Shown here one piece after another: positions 30,245-41,085 of a DNA stretch of 64,000 bases. This DNA is from an uncultured Chloroflexia bacterium (GTDB lineage Bacteria > Chloroflexota > Limnocylindria > Limnocylindrales > CSP1-4): positions 768,001 to 832,000 of the forward strand of contig CAVXPZ010000003.1 of the NCBI GenBank assembly GCA_963763775.1. Reading direction: 5' to 3'. Position numbers and translations under genes: made by a program. The first letter of the stretch is position 1. Each line of letters starts with the position of its first letter. The notes under the pieces were generated by a model that saw only the letters and a list, made by a program, of their open reading frames with translations, did no database searches and had not been told where the DNA came from.

Positions 30245-30370
30245 GGCCCTGCCCCGCCCGGCCCGACGCTCGCTGGCGGTGCTCGGCGATGTCGTAGAGC
30301 TCCAGGGTCGTCGTCGAAGGTGGTTCTCAGGTCAGTGTTCGGCATGTCCGCTCGTACGGCAGCGACCCTG

Positions 30371-30799
30371 CTAGACGTACGACGCGTCCGCGTAGTCCCA
30401 GGCGCGGATGACCGTCGGCACGATCCGGACGATGATGCCGCCGTCGAGCAGGTAATCGTCGACCGTCGCGCCCGGGTCGTGCGCCTCGACGTAGCGGCGG
30501 ACGATCTGTGGGCCAAGAGTGCCGTAGTCGTCAGTCGAGGTCTGGCCCTCGCCTCGGACCTCGATGCCTCGGTACGGCTGCTCGTCCTCGGCGACGAGGA
30601 TCGTGCAGCGCGGGTCGCGCGCGAGCATCGACACCTTGCGGTCGCCGCCGGGGAACTGGACGTAGAACGTGCCGTCCCGGAACAGGTGCCAGACCGGCGT
30701 CAGGAGGATCGAGCCATCCTGCCGGTGCAGCCCCAGGACGGCATTCAGCGGCCGATCGAGCAGATCGCCAAGGTCGCTCGGCTGGAGGTTCCGGCGCAC
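30371..30799 (-). CDS. PPOX-class (pyridoxamine 5'-phosphate oxidase-like, possibly F420-dependent) oxidoreductase
   Basis: DGS..TPVW..RK..LARDPR..YRGIEVRG..IVRIVP..AWD. Confidence 0.85.
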   Translation of the reverse strand: MRRNLQPSDLGDLLDRPLNAVLGLHRQDGSILLTPVWHLFRDGTFYVQFPGGDRKVSMLARDPRCTILVAEDEQPYRGIEVRGEGQTSTDDYGTLGPQIVRRYVEAHDPGATVDDYLLDGGIIVRIVPTVIRAWDYADASYV

Positions 30800-30886
30800 G
30801 ACACGAGTGTAGGCACGACGCGCGGACGGTACCGTGGCAAGCCCAGCGTGGTCAGTCGGTCGGATGGATGGTGAGGAGGGGATCCG

Positions 30887-31207
30887 ATGGGGACATGGAC
30901 GCGCAGTTCGGCGCCGCCGGACGCTGCGGAGGTGCTCGGGGCGGTCTCGATCTTCGAGCGGCCGGCGGGGCCGGACCAGCTCATCGTGCTGTACCTGACA
31001 CCCGACACCGGGGCGCAGGTGGATCCGGCGGTCATGTATGCGGCCGTCGCGGAGGACGCGGCCATCCGGGCCGGCGCCGGCTGGCGGATCATCTCCACCG
31101 ACTCGCTGTCGTACCGGCAGATGGGGACCGCGGGGAACATCCTGTTCCAGAGCGGCGGCCAGTACAGCACGCAGGCCGCCGTGTCGGTCGTCTTCGAGCG
31201 CCGCTAG
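30887..31207 (+). CDS. Hypothetical protein
   Basis: GAGGAGG SD, 106-aa ORF with GC3-biased codons. Confidence 0.6.
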   Translation: MGTWTRSSAPPDAAEVLGAVSIFERPAGPDQLIVLYLTPDTGAQVDPAVMYAAVAEDAAIRAGAGWRIISTDSLSYRQMGTAGNILFQSGGQYSTQAAVSVVFERR

Positions 31208-31360
31208 CGTCGGTCCGCCGGCCGGACGGCCGGACGGCCCGAAGGCTCCGTGACCCTCGGCCCTCGCAGACCTTGCGCGGCCATGGAAGAATCGACGGAG
31301 CCCGCGTGACAGGCCGCTCGGTTCGCCGCCTGACGAGGGCGGAGCATGCGGTAGCCCACC

Positions 31361-32308
31361 ATGCGCATCCGACGCGGCCTGCTGTTCGCCGGCCTCTTCT
31401 TCATCCCGGTCGGCGTGATGACCCTGCTGGTCCGCGCCGGCACGATCAGTGCCGCGTCCCTCGCGGACGTGTGGCGGTTCTGGCCGCTCGTCCTGATCGG
31501 CATCGGGATCGCGCTGCTCCTCGGGCGAAGCCGGGCCGCCTCGGTCGGGATCGCCATCGCCGCGCTGGTGCTCGGCATCCTGGTCGGCAGCGCGATCGCC
31601 TCGAACGGCGACTGGATCGCGACCTTCTCCCAGTGCGGCTCCACGACCGCTGACTCGGAGCAGATCGACCGGAACGGCGCCTTCACCGCGTCGGCGACCA
31701 TCGACCTGAAGCTGCGATGCGGGACCGCCACGCTGACGACCGGGCCGGGAGATGCGTGGGGGCTCCAGGCGCGATACGACGGGGCACCGCCGACGGTCGA
31801 CGAGGCGCCCGATCGACTCCAGGTGCAGGTCCCCGACGGCTCGGGCGTGCGCCGCAACGACTGGACGATCACCGCCCCGACGGGCCGGTTCAGCGTGCTG
31901 CGCGTCGCGTCGAACGCCGCGACCGGCTCGTTCACCCTTGCCGGTGCCACGCTCCAGGGCGTCACGGTGCAGGCGAACGCCGGCGACATCCTCGTGGACG
32001 GCGCTGACGCCACGATCGGCGACATCGACGTCGACATCAACGCCGGCCGGGCCCGCGTCACGCTGGCCGGCACGACCGAAGGCCGCCTCCATGTCAACGC
32101 CGGGGCGATCGACCTGTGCGTTCCGCCGGACGCGAACCTGACGTTCGATGTCGCCGACCAGCTGACCTTCGTGACCAACCTCGCGGACCGCGGACTGCAG
32201 CAGGACGGCACCACGTGGACCCGTACCGGGTCCGGCGGGACGATCACGCTACGGATCGACGGCAACGCCGCGAGCTTCACGCTCGACCCCGAAGGAGGCT
32301 GTCGATGA
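31361..32308 (+). CDS. LiaF/DUF5668-like TM domain + DUF4097-like beta-solenoid
   Basis: WRFWPLVLIGIGIALL; repeated NA(G/A)x motifs. Confidence 0.75.
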   Translation: MRIRRGLLFAGLFFIPVGVMTLLVRAGTISAASLADVWRFWPLVLIGIGIALLLGRSRAASVGIAIAALVLGILVGSAIASNGDWIATFSQCGSTTADSEQIDRNGAFTASATIDLKLRCGTATLTTGPGDAWGLQARYDGAPPTVDEAPDRLQVQVPDGSGVRRNDWTITAPTGRFSVLRVASNAATGSFTLAGATLQGVTVQANAGDILVDGADATIGDIDVDINAGRARVTLAGTTEGRLHVNAGAIDLCVPPDANLTFDVADQLTFVTNLADRGLQQDGTTWTRTGSGGTITLRIDGNAASFTLDPEGGCR

Positions 32309-32871
32309 ACGACCACCTGTATCGATCCCGCGACGACCGGATGATCGCCGGCGTGGCCGGCGGGCTCGCCGAACTGTGGGACGCCGACCCGTCGTTGATC
32401 CGGATCGCCTGGGCCTTGCTGATCGTGCTGACCGGCGGGATCGCCCTGCTCGTCTACATCATCATGGCCATCGTCGTGCCCGAGGAGGACGCCGTCCCGT
32501 GGATGGCGACGACCGCGGTGCCGCCATCGCCGGAGGCGCCAGCGGCCGGATCGACACCGGCCGCCGCCTCGGCCCCGATCACGGTCGCGGCGGCCCCGAT
32601 CGCCTCCGCCCCACCGCTCGACCGCCGGGCCGCCCGCCGAGCGGCTCGTGCCGCCCGTCGCGAGGCCCGCCGAGCCCGCGGCGGTGACCGCACCCCCGGT
32701 CTCGTCATCGGCGGGATCCTGATCGTCCTCGGGAGTGTCTTCCTGCTCCGCGAGTGGCTGCCGGCGTTCGATGTCGACTGGATCTGGCCGCTGATGCTCG
32801 TCGGACTCGGGGTCGTGCTCCTGGTCTTCGCGTTCACCCGCGATGACCATGCCGGCGGATCGGTCGGATGA
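32305..32871 (+). CDS. PspC domain membrane protein
   Basis: LYRSRDDRMIAGVAGGLAE..DPSLIRI..YIIMAIVVPEE; C-terminal WP-containing TM pair. Confidence 0.9.
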   Translation: MNDHLYRSRDDRMIAGVAGGLAELWDADPSLIRIAWALLIVLTGGIALLVYIIMAIVVPEEDAVPWMATTAVPPSPEAPAAGSTPAAASAPITVAAAPIASAPPLDRRAARRAARAARREARRARGGDRTPGLVIGGILIVLGSVFLLREWLPAFDVDWIWPLMLVGLGVVLLVFAFTRDDHAGGSVG

Positions 32872-33839
32872 CGGCGTCCCGTCGCGGCGCCGTCACGGGC
32901 GCCACGTGGCTGATCGGCCTGGGGGTCGTGTTCCTGCTCCGCGAGGCGATGGGCTGGACGTGGGGCGAGGCCTGGCCGCTCTTCGTGATCCTCGTCGGCG
33001 TGGCGACCTTCATCTCCACGCTCATCAGCTGGCACGCGAGCTTTGCCGGCCTTTGGTCCTTCACGTGGCCCGTCGCGTGGACCGTAGGCGGCATCGTGCT
33101 GCTGCTGAGCACGACCGGCCGCCTCAGCCAGGGGCCGGGCGAGACCATCAACGAGTACTGGCCGTGGGTGGCGATCGTGATCGGAGTCTGGTTCCTCATC
33201 GGCGCGTTCATCCCGGTGGGCCGTGGTCCGACGGAGCAGGTCTCGATCCCGCTCCAGGCCGCTCCGGACGCGCAGGTGCGGATCCGCTTCGGGGCGGGCC
33301 AGCTGACCGGACGGACGGCGGCGCCCGGGACCCTCGTCGAGGGGACGTTCGAGGGCGGCGTCCGCCAGCGGACCAGTGGGCCGAACCGGCTCGAACTCGA
33401 GCAGGACACGACCTATGGGCTGCCCTGGCTCGACCACGGCTCGAACTGGGATGTCGGCCTGACCGCCGAGGTCCCGCTCGACCTGCGCCTCGACACGGGC
33501 GCAAGCCGCGTCGTGCTGGACCTGCGCGGCCTCCGGCTCCGGGACCTCGAGCTCCATACGGGCGCCAGCGACACGCGCGTGCTGCTGCCGCGGGCCGCGG
33601 GCGCGACCACGGTCCGCGCCGAGTCCGGGGCCGCGTCGCTCACGCTCGAGGTGCCGGCCGGCGTCGCCGCGCGCATCCGGACCCGGATGGCGATCGGCAG
33701 CAGCCAGGTCGATGAGGCACGGTTCCCGCGCACGGCGACCGGCTTCGAGTCGATCGACTACCCGAACGCCGCCAACCGCATCGACATCGACGTCTCGGGC
33801 GGGGTGGGCTCGGTCAAGATCATCGGCGGCGCCCCCTAG
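32868..33839 (+). CDS. LiaF-like membrane protein with C-terminal beta-solenoid
   Basis: WP-containing TM repeats; TGAS/SGA repeats. Confidence 0.75.
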   Translation: MTASRRGAVTGATWLIGLGVVFLLREAMGWTWGEAWPLFVILVGVATFISTLISWHASFAGLWSFTWPVAWTVGGIVLLLSTTGRLSQGPGETINEYWPWVAIVIGVWFLIGAFIPVGRGPTEQVSIPLQAAPDAQVRIRFGAGQLTGRTAAPGTLVEGTFEGGVRQRTSGPNRLELEQDTTYGLPWLDHGSNWDVGLTAEVPLDLRLDTGASRVVLDLRGLRLRDLELHTGASDTRVLLPRAAGATTVRAESGAASLTLEVPAGVAARIRTRMAIGSSQVDEARFPRTATGFESIDYPNAANRIDIDVSGGVGSVKIIGGAP

Positions 33840-34082
33840 CCGTCGCGCGGGCGCACCGGCGACCACGTCGTCGGTGTCGGTCACGCTCGATCGACACCCG
33901 CGTGCAACCGTGGGAGCCGTTCCCCCGCGACTCGCTACCGAAGCGACACCTTGTCGGTCCTGCGACGGGGCCGCTCACGACCCCGTGCAATTCGTAGCCT
34001 CCTGATCACGCCTCGATCTGGCGTCGAGGCCCGCTCGATAGGGAGCGCGTCCGGGGCCGGACGCGTCGCGGAGGACGAATCG

Positions 34083-35303
34083 ATGGATACGGGCAATACC
34101 GCCTGGATGCTGATGTCCACGGCGCTCGTCATGATCATGTTGCCGGGGCTGGCGCTGTTCTATGGCGGCCTGGTCCGTCGCAAGAACGTCCTTTCGACGA
34201 TCATGCACAGCTTCTTCGGCCTGGCGATCGTGAGCATCGTCTGGGTGGTCATCGGGTTCAGCCTGGCGTTCGGCTCGGACGTCGGCGGTCTCGGCCTCAT
34301 CGGCGGCCCCGAGTTCGCGTTCTTCAACGGCGTCGGCCAGGATCCGAGCCCGATCTATGGCACGACGATCCCGTTCCTGCTCTTCGCGGCGTTCCAGCTG
34401 ATGTTCGCGGCGATCACGCCGGCGCTCATCACCGGCGCCTTCGCCGAGCGCAAGCGCTTCAGCGCCTTCGTCCTCTTCACGATCCTCTGGTCCGTCCTCA
34501 TCTACTCCCCGATCGCGCACTGGGTCTGGTCCGTCGACGGCTGGCTCTTCAAGCTGGGTGCCCTTGACTTCGCGGGCGGCACCGTCGTCCACATCAGCTC
34601 TGGCGTCTCGGCGCTGATCGTCGCGATCCTCATCGGTCGCCGCGTCGTCAACGGCGAGAGCATGGAGCCGCACGACGTGCCGATGACCGTCCTCGGCGCC
34701 GGTCTGCTCTGGTTCGGCTGGTTCGGCTTCAACGCCGGGTCCGCGCTGACCGCGGGCGGCCTGGCGGCGAGCGCCTTCGTCGTCACGAACATCGCCGCCG
34801 CCGCGGCCACGATCACGTGGGTCGGCGCGAGCTACCTCCACAAGGGCAAGGTCAGCGTCGTCGGGGCCGCCTGCGGTGCCGTCGCCGGCCTGGTCGCGAT
34901 CACCCCGGCGTCGGGCTTCGTCACCGTCGGTGGCGCGCTCATCATCGGCCTCGTGGCCGGCGGCCTCTGCTACAGCGCCACGCTCCTCAAGGCCCGCATC
35001 AAGGTCGACGACGCGCTGGACGTCTTCGCGGTCCACGGCGTCGGCGGCATGTTCGGCGCCATCGCGACCGGCATCTTCGCCAGCTCCACGGTCCAGGCGG
35101 CCTACAGCGGCCTGATCGACGGCAACCCGGCGCAGGTCGGGATCCAGCTCGTCGCGGTCGCGGCGACGATCGGTTACGCGGTGGTCGGCACGTTCGTGAT
35201 CGTCAAGGTCGTCGACTTCATCCTCGGGATGCGCGTCACCTCCACCCAGGAAGAGGCCGGCCTCGACATCGCGGTCCACGGGGAGGCGGCCTACCAGCCC
35301 TAA
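34083..35303 (+). CDS. amtB: Ammonium transporter
   Basis: DTGNTAW, PGLALFYGG, DFAGGTVVH, LWFGWFGFNAGS, DDALDVFAVHG, HGEAAY. Confidence 0.96.
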   Translation: MDTGNTAWMLMSTALVMIMLPGLALFYGGLVRRKNVLSTIMHSFFGLAIVSIVWVVIGFSLAFGSDVGGLGLIGGPEFAFFNGVGQDPSPIYGTTIPFLLFAAFQLMFAAITPALITGAFAERKRFSAFVLFTILWSVLIYSPIAHWVWSVDGWLFKLGALDFAGGTVVHISSGVSALIVAILIGRRVVNGESMEPHDVPMTVLGAGLLWFGWFGFNAGSALTAGGLAASAFVVTNIAAAAATITWVGASYLHKGKVSVVGAACGAVAGLVAITPASGFVTVGGALIIGLVAGGLCYSATLLKARIKVDDALDVFAVHGVGGMFGAIATGIFASSTVQAAYSGLIDGNPAQVGIQLVAVAATIGYAVVGTFVIVKVVDFILGMRVTSTQEEAGLDIAVHGEAAYQP

Positions 35304-35448
35304 CCCGGGCGGGCGTCGCCGGCCGCGGATCGCGAGGTCCGCCGGTCCGACCGACGCCCACTCGATCCCTCGCGACTTCCACGACCGGCCGCCGCCGACC
35401 AACCTCCTCGCGGCGACCGGTCGTTCACCCCTCTCCGGAGACCAGGCC

Positions 35449-38400
35449 ATGGCGACAGCCCCTCTCTACGAGTCGCGGTTCGAGCACGACGCGTGTGGCG
35501 TCGGGTTCGTGGCGGACGCCGGCGGGCGGTCCAGGGACCGCGTGCTGCCGCTGGCGCTCTCGGGGCTGGCCGCGCTCGGTCATCGCGGCGCGTTCGGCGC
35601 TGACGGCGAGTCGAGCGACGGGGCCGGGGTCGCCCTGCCCCTGGATCGGTCCGTGCTGGCGCTGCTAGGCGGACCTGACGCCGCCGCTCGCAAGCCCGGC
35701 ATCGTGTTCGCCTTCCTGCCGCGCGGGCGGGGCACAGCACGCCGAGGGCGCGCGCTTGTGGAGGCGGCGCTCGCGGAGACCGGCCTGACGTCCGTTCGCT
35801 GGCGCGACGTCCCGTTCGATGCCGCCGCGCTCGGCGCGGCTGCGGCGGAGTCCATGCCCGTGTTCGCGCAGGCGATCGTCGAGCGACCCGTCGCGCCGGA
35901 TGGACGGCCCGCCACGGACGACGCCTTCGAGCGGCAGCTGATCGTCGCGCGCCGCCGCCTCGAGACCGCGGTCCGTGCGGCCGGCCCGGCGATGGCCGAC
36001 CTGTCCGTCCCGTCCGCCTCGTGTCGGACGATCGTCTACAAGGGCCTCGTCACCGGGGCGCGGCTGCCGCAGCTGTTCCCCGACCTGCGGACGCCGCTCA
36101 CGGTCGGATACGCGGTCTTCCACCAGCGATATGCGACGAATACCCACCCGGTCTGGCGGCTTGCCCAGCCGTTCCGCTCGATCGCCCACAACGGCGAGAT
36201 CAACACGGTCCGCGGCAACCGCGAGCAGGTCCGTGGACGGACCCGCGACCAGGGCGCCAAGGCGGTCGCCGACGACCTGCTGGCCGCCGGCCCGCTGCTG
36301 TCCCCAGACGGGTCCGACTCGCTCTCGCTCGATGAGGCCCTCGAGCTGCTGACGACCACGGGCTGGGACCTCACGCCGGCCCTGCTGGCGTCGATCCCCG
36401 AGGCCCTCGCCCTCCGGCGAGCCCCGCACCCGCACGTCGCGACCCTGCGCCGGCGCACGGCCGGGTTCCTGGCGCCGTGGGACGGCCCGGCGGCGATCGT
36501 GTTCGCGGACGGCGTCCGCGTCGGTGCGCTCGTCGACCGCAACGGCCTGCGGCCGGCGTCCTTCGCCATCACGCGAGACCGTTTGGTCGTCGCGGCCTCC
36601 GAGGCGGGGGCCATCCCGCTCGACCCGTCCGAGACCGTCCGCCGTGGCCGCCTTGGCCCGGGCGAGCTGTTGCTGGTCGAGCCCGGCCGGCGGGCCATCT
36701 ACGAGGACACCGACGCGAAGGCCCATGCCCTGCGCTCGCTCCCGATCCACGACGCCCCGCGGCCGATGTTCGAGGACCGCGTGGAGACGGCCGCCGCCGC
36801 CCTCGAGCACGAGACCGTGCCGCTCACGCCACCGCTCCGGCACCTCGCCGGGTTGGACGCGGAGCGGGCGCGCCTCGACATCAAGACGATGGCGCTGGAG
36901 GCGCACGAGCCGCTGTGGAGCATGGGTGACGACACGCCGACGCCCGGCCGCGGTCGGCTCGACCGACCCGTCGCCGATCACCTCCGCCAGGCGTTCGCGC
37001 AAGTCACGAACCCCGCGATCGACCCCGAGCGGGAGCGCATCGTGATGGACCTCCGCGTGGAGCTCGGCCGACGCCCGGCCCTTCTCGGCGGTCCGCCGCG
37101 CGGTCCGAAGAGCCTGCGGCTGGCCCGGCCCGTGGTCGCGGACCTCGATGGCCTCATCGATGTGGCACGAGACGGTGGTCGCCGGGTGAAGCGACTGGCG
37201 GCGACGTGGCCGGCGAGCGATGGCCCGAGCGGGCTGGAGGCGGCGCTGGATCGCCTCGCCGCCGCGGCCGTGGCCGCCTCGGAGGCCGGGGCCGAGATCC
37301 TGCTGCTCAGCGACGACGACTTCTCGTTCGGGCGGCTGCCGATCCCGTCCATCCTGGCGGCCGGGGCTGTCCACGCGGCCCTCACCGATGCCGGCCTGCG
37401 CGGCCGGACGGACCTCGTGGTCGACGCGGCCGACGTCCTCGATGTCCACGGGATGGCGATGCTCCTGGCCGTCGGTGCCACCGCGGTCCATCCGCGACTG
37501 GCCATCGAGCTTGCGGCCGAGCTGGCCGGCACGCGCGGGGCGGAGACCGTCACCCCGGCCGACGCGATCGGGAACCTCGTCACGGCCTTCGAGGCCGGGC
37601 TCCGCAAGACCCTCGCCCGGATGGGGATCAGCGCTGTCGCGTCCTACATCGGCGGCGCGCTCATCGACGTGATCGACCTCGACGCGAGCGTCGTCGCGCG
37701 CTGCTTCCCGATGGCGGCCGCGTGGCCAGGCCGGACCACCTTCGACGACCTGGCGGCGCGGCAGCTCCGGCGTGCCGAAGCGTCGGCCGCCATCACGCCG
37801 CCGGCACCCGGCCGCGAGCCACGGCTGCCCGACCCAGGCTGGGCGCGATTCCGCGCCGACGGGGAGGCGCACCTCTTCTCCCCGAAGATCGCCACCGAGA
37901 TCACGACGCTCGCCACCACCGACGACCCGGCCGGCATCGATGCCGCGCTCGAGCGCTACCGCGCGACGCTGGCCCGCGGCGCCACTGACCGGGCGGTGCC
38001 GCGCGACGAGCTGCGCGTGCGTCGCGTCGCGGCCCCGGTCGCGCTCGACGAGGTCGAGGACGCCCGCAGCATCGTGCGGCGGTTCGTCGTGTCCGCGATG
38101 AGCGTCGGGCGCGCTGTCGCCCGAGGCGCACCAGGCGCTGACCATCGGGATCCAGCGCGCCGGCGGTGCGGCGAACACCGGCGAGGGCGGGGAAGACCCG
38201 GCCTGGTACGTCAACGGGCCGGACGGACGCCGTCGGGACGCGCGCATCAAGCAGGTCGCCTCGGCGCGGTTCGGCGTGACCGCGCGCCTACCTCGCGCGA
38301 GCGGACCAGCTCGAGATCAAGATCGCCCAGGGCTCGAAGCCGGGCGAGGGCGGCCAGCTCCCGGGCCGCAAGGCCACGGCGTACATCGCCGCGCTTCGGC

Positions 38401-40045
38401 GCGGCCAGCCCGGCCAGAGCTACATCAGCCCGCCGCCGCACCACGACATCTACTCGATCGAGGACCTCGCGCAGCTCATCGCCGACCTCCGCGCCATCAA
38501 CCCGGGCGCCCGGATCGGCGTGAAGCTCGTGTCGAGCCGCGGCGTCGGGACGATCGCGGCCGGCGTGGCCAAGGCCGGCGCCTCGTATATCCACCTGTCC
38601 GGGCATGCCGGCGGGACCGGGGCGTCGCCCCTGTCCTCGATCAAGCACGTCGGCGCGCCGTGGGAACTCGGCCTCGCCGAGGTCCACCAGGTCCTGCTCC
38701 GCAACGGGCTGCGCGACCGTGTCGCGCTCCGCTCCGACGGCGGCCTCCAGACGGGCCGCGACCTGCTCGTCGCCGCGCTGCTCGGTGCCGAGGAGTTCGC
38801 GTTCGGGACCGCGGCGCTCGTGGCGATCGGCTGCGACATGGCCCGCCAGTGCCATCTCGACACGTGCCCGACGGGCATCGCGACCCAGCGCGAGGACCTG
38901 CGGGCCAAGTTCGCCGGCACGCCCGAGGACGTCGTGCGCTACTTCACCGCGATCGCCGAGGACCTGCGCCGCGAGCTCGCGGCCGTGGGCGCCCGGTCCG
39001 TGGGCGAGGTCATCGGCGAGAGCCGGCGCCTGCTGACGCCGATCCCCGCCGCCCGGGCCGAGCTCGCGCCCGTCATCGGCGCCGCGCCGTGGGGCGCCAC
39101 GCCGGCTCGCCGTTCCGACCCTGCGAGCGCCGGCCGCGACGTCCGCCACGCGCCCGCGTCCGTGCTGGAGGCCGGGATCGCGACCGCGTTCCGCGGCCAG
39201 GGTTCCGTGACCGCCACGGGACTGCGCCTCACGACCGCGGACCGCTCGTTCGGGGCGGCCCTCACCGGCGCGCTCGAGCGCGGCGACCTGCGCGGCCCGG
39301 TCCAGCTGGAGCTTCGGGGCGCCGCCGGCCAGTCGTTCGGGGCGTTCGCCTCGCCCGGCATCGAGCTGCGGCTCGTCGGCCAGGCCAACGACTACGTCGG
39401 CAAAGGCCTCTCGGGCGGCTCGATCACGATCGCCCCGGAGGCGGACCTCGCGGCCAACCCCGCCAGCGAGGCCATCGCCGGGAACACCGTGCTGTACGGC
39501 GCCACCAGCGGCCGGCTCCATCTCGTGGGTCGGGCGGGGATGCGCTTCGCGGTCCGCAACTCCGGCGCCGAGGCGGTCGTGGAGGGTATCGGCCCGCACG
39601 GCTGCGAGTACATGACGGGTGGCGTGGTCGTCGTCCTCGGTCCGGTCGGGCGCCAACTTCGGCGCCGGGATGACGGGTGGCCGGGCGTACCTGTACGACC
39701 CGACCGGGCCGCCATGCCGCGGCCCTCGCCGACGGCAGCGTCGCCGCGGTCCGCCTCGGCGCGGTCCTCGCCGAGCGCGAGGACGGGTCGGCGCGCCTCG
39801 CCGAGCTTCGCCGGCTGCTCGAGGACCATCGGGCCGCGGGCTCCGCGCTCGCCGCACGACTCCTCGCGGAGTCGGACCTGCCCGCGGCGATCTGGCTCGT
39901 GGAGCCGGTCGTGGCCGCGGTGGCGATCCCCGTGGCCATCCCGGTCGTGGCGTCGCCGCAACCGGACCGCAACCCCACCGTCGCCGGACCGATGCCGACC
40001 GTCCAGCCGCCGCTTCCTACCCTAGACAGTCCAGCCCATCGATAG
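35449..40045 (+). CDS. gltB: Glutamate synthase large subunit (several frameshifts, ~38110-39720)
   Basis: [75 protein letters not shown]. Confidence 0.93.
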
Positions 40046-40061
40046 CCGGAAGGTCGCCGCG

Positions 40062-40283
40062 ATGATCCACCCGTCCGATCCCGAGCTCCGCGGTCAGATC
40101 GCCGTCCGCGACGGTCACGGCGCTCCCGTCACGTGTGCCGCGTGCGGCTGTCGCCTGTCGCCGACCGGCGAGGCCTGGTTCCACTTCAATCCGCTGGGCG
40201 GCCGCGATGCCCGCGGTTGTCGGGTCAACTGCGCCGACGCGGCGCACGACGTCAGCGGCCAGCCGATCGCCGTCGCCGTCTAG
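40062..40283 (+). CDS. Small Cys/His-rich putative metal-binding protein
   Basis: CAACGC..H..CRVNC..H in 73 aa; GGAAGG SD. Confidence 0.6.
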   Translation: MIHPSDPELRGQIAVRDGHGAPVTCAACGCRLSPTGEAWFHFNPLGGRDARGCRVNCADAAHDVSGQPIAVAV

Positions 40284-40359
40284 CGACGCCCGGGCGCCCT
40301 CACCGCGAGTGGCGCCCCATCGATCGAACGCACGCCGGCCGTCAGGCCGGCGTCGTGAT

Positions 40360-41067
40360 TCAGCTCTCGACCACGATCCGGTAGCCGACGCCCCGGACGG
40401 CGACCACGTGCGGTCCGCCGGCCGCCTCGACCTTGGCGCGCAGTCGCGCGAGGTGCGGCTTCAGCCAGAGCAGGTCCGGGTCGGTCTCGGCCGGCCAGCC
40501 GGCCCGCGCCAGCTGGAGGTGCGGGACGATGTCGCCGTTCGCCCGCACGAGCGCCTCGAGCAGCCGGAACTCGGTGGGCGTGAGCGTCAGCGGGGTCTCG
40601 CCGACGCGAGCCTCGTGACGGCCCGGCTCCAGGACGAGCGGCCCGGCCTCGAGCGGTCCGCCGGTCGACCCACCGACGCCGCTGCGGTCGACGCGCCGCA
40701 TGATCGCGGCGATGCGAGCCAGCAGCTCGGCCTTGCCGAACGGCTTCGTGAGGTAGTCGTCGGCGCCGAGTCCGAGCGCGCGGACCTTCGCCGCCTCGCC
40801 GCTCTCGCCCGACACGATCATGATCGGCGCCTGGCCGACGGCGCGCATCTGGCCGGCGACGCTGAAGCCGTCCGGCCCCGGCATCGCGAGATCCAGCAGG
40901 ACGAGGTCCGGGTGCTCCTCGCGGAACCGCTTGACGGCGGTCAGCCCGTCGTACGCGGTGATGACCTGGTGGCCTTCCGTGCCGACCAGCGCGGTGACGG
41001 CGCCGACCATGGCCGGGTCGTCATCGACGACGAGGATCCGGAGTGGGCGGGTGCTCATGGTGATCAT
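40360..41067 (-). CDS. OmpR/KdpE-family response regulator
   Basis: VVDDD, LLDLAMP, GADDYLTKPF, LTPTEF, VRGVGY. Confidence 0.94.
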   Translation of the reverse strand: MITMSTRPLRILVVDDDPAMVGAVTALVGTEGHQVITAYDGLTAVKRFREEHPDLVLLDLAMPGPDGFSVAGQMRAVGQAPIMIVSGESGEAAKVRALGLGADDYLTKPFGKAELLARIAAIMRRVDRSGVGGSTGGPLEAGPLVLEPGRHEARVGETPLTLTPTEFRLLEALVRANGDIVPHLQLARAGWPAETDPDLLWLKPHLARLRAKVEAAGGPHVVAVRGVGYRIVVES

Positions 41068-41085
41068 GGTCCTCTCGATCCTGGT

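Noticed and set aside
30170-31207. Integrative element at tRNA-Lys (or at tRNA-fMet)
   Set aside because: No integrase and no duplicated tRNA 3' end found in the window.
35665-39857. Long antisense ORFs opposite gltB and other genes
   Set aside because: Expected shadow ORFs from GC3 bias; no protein motifs.
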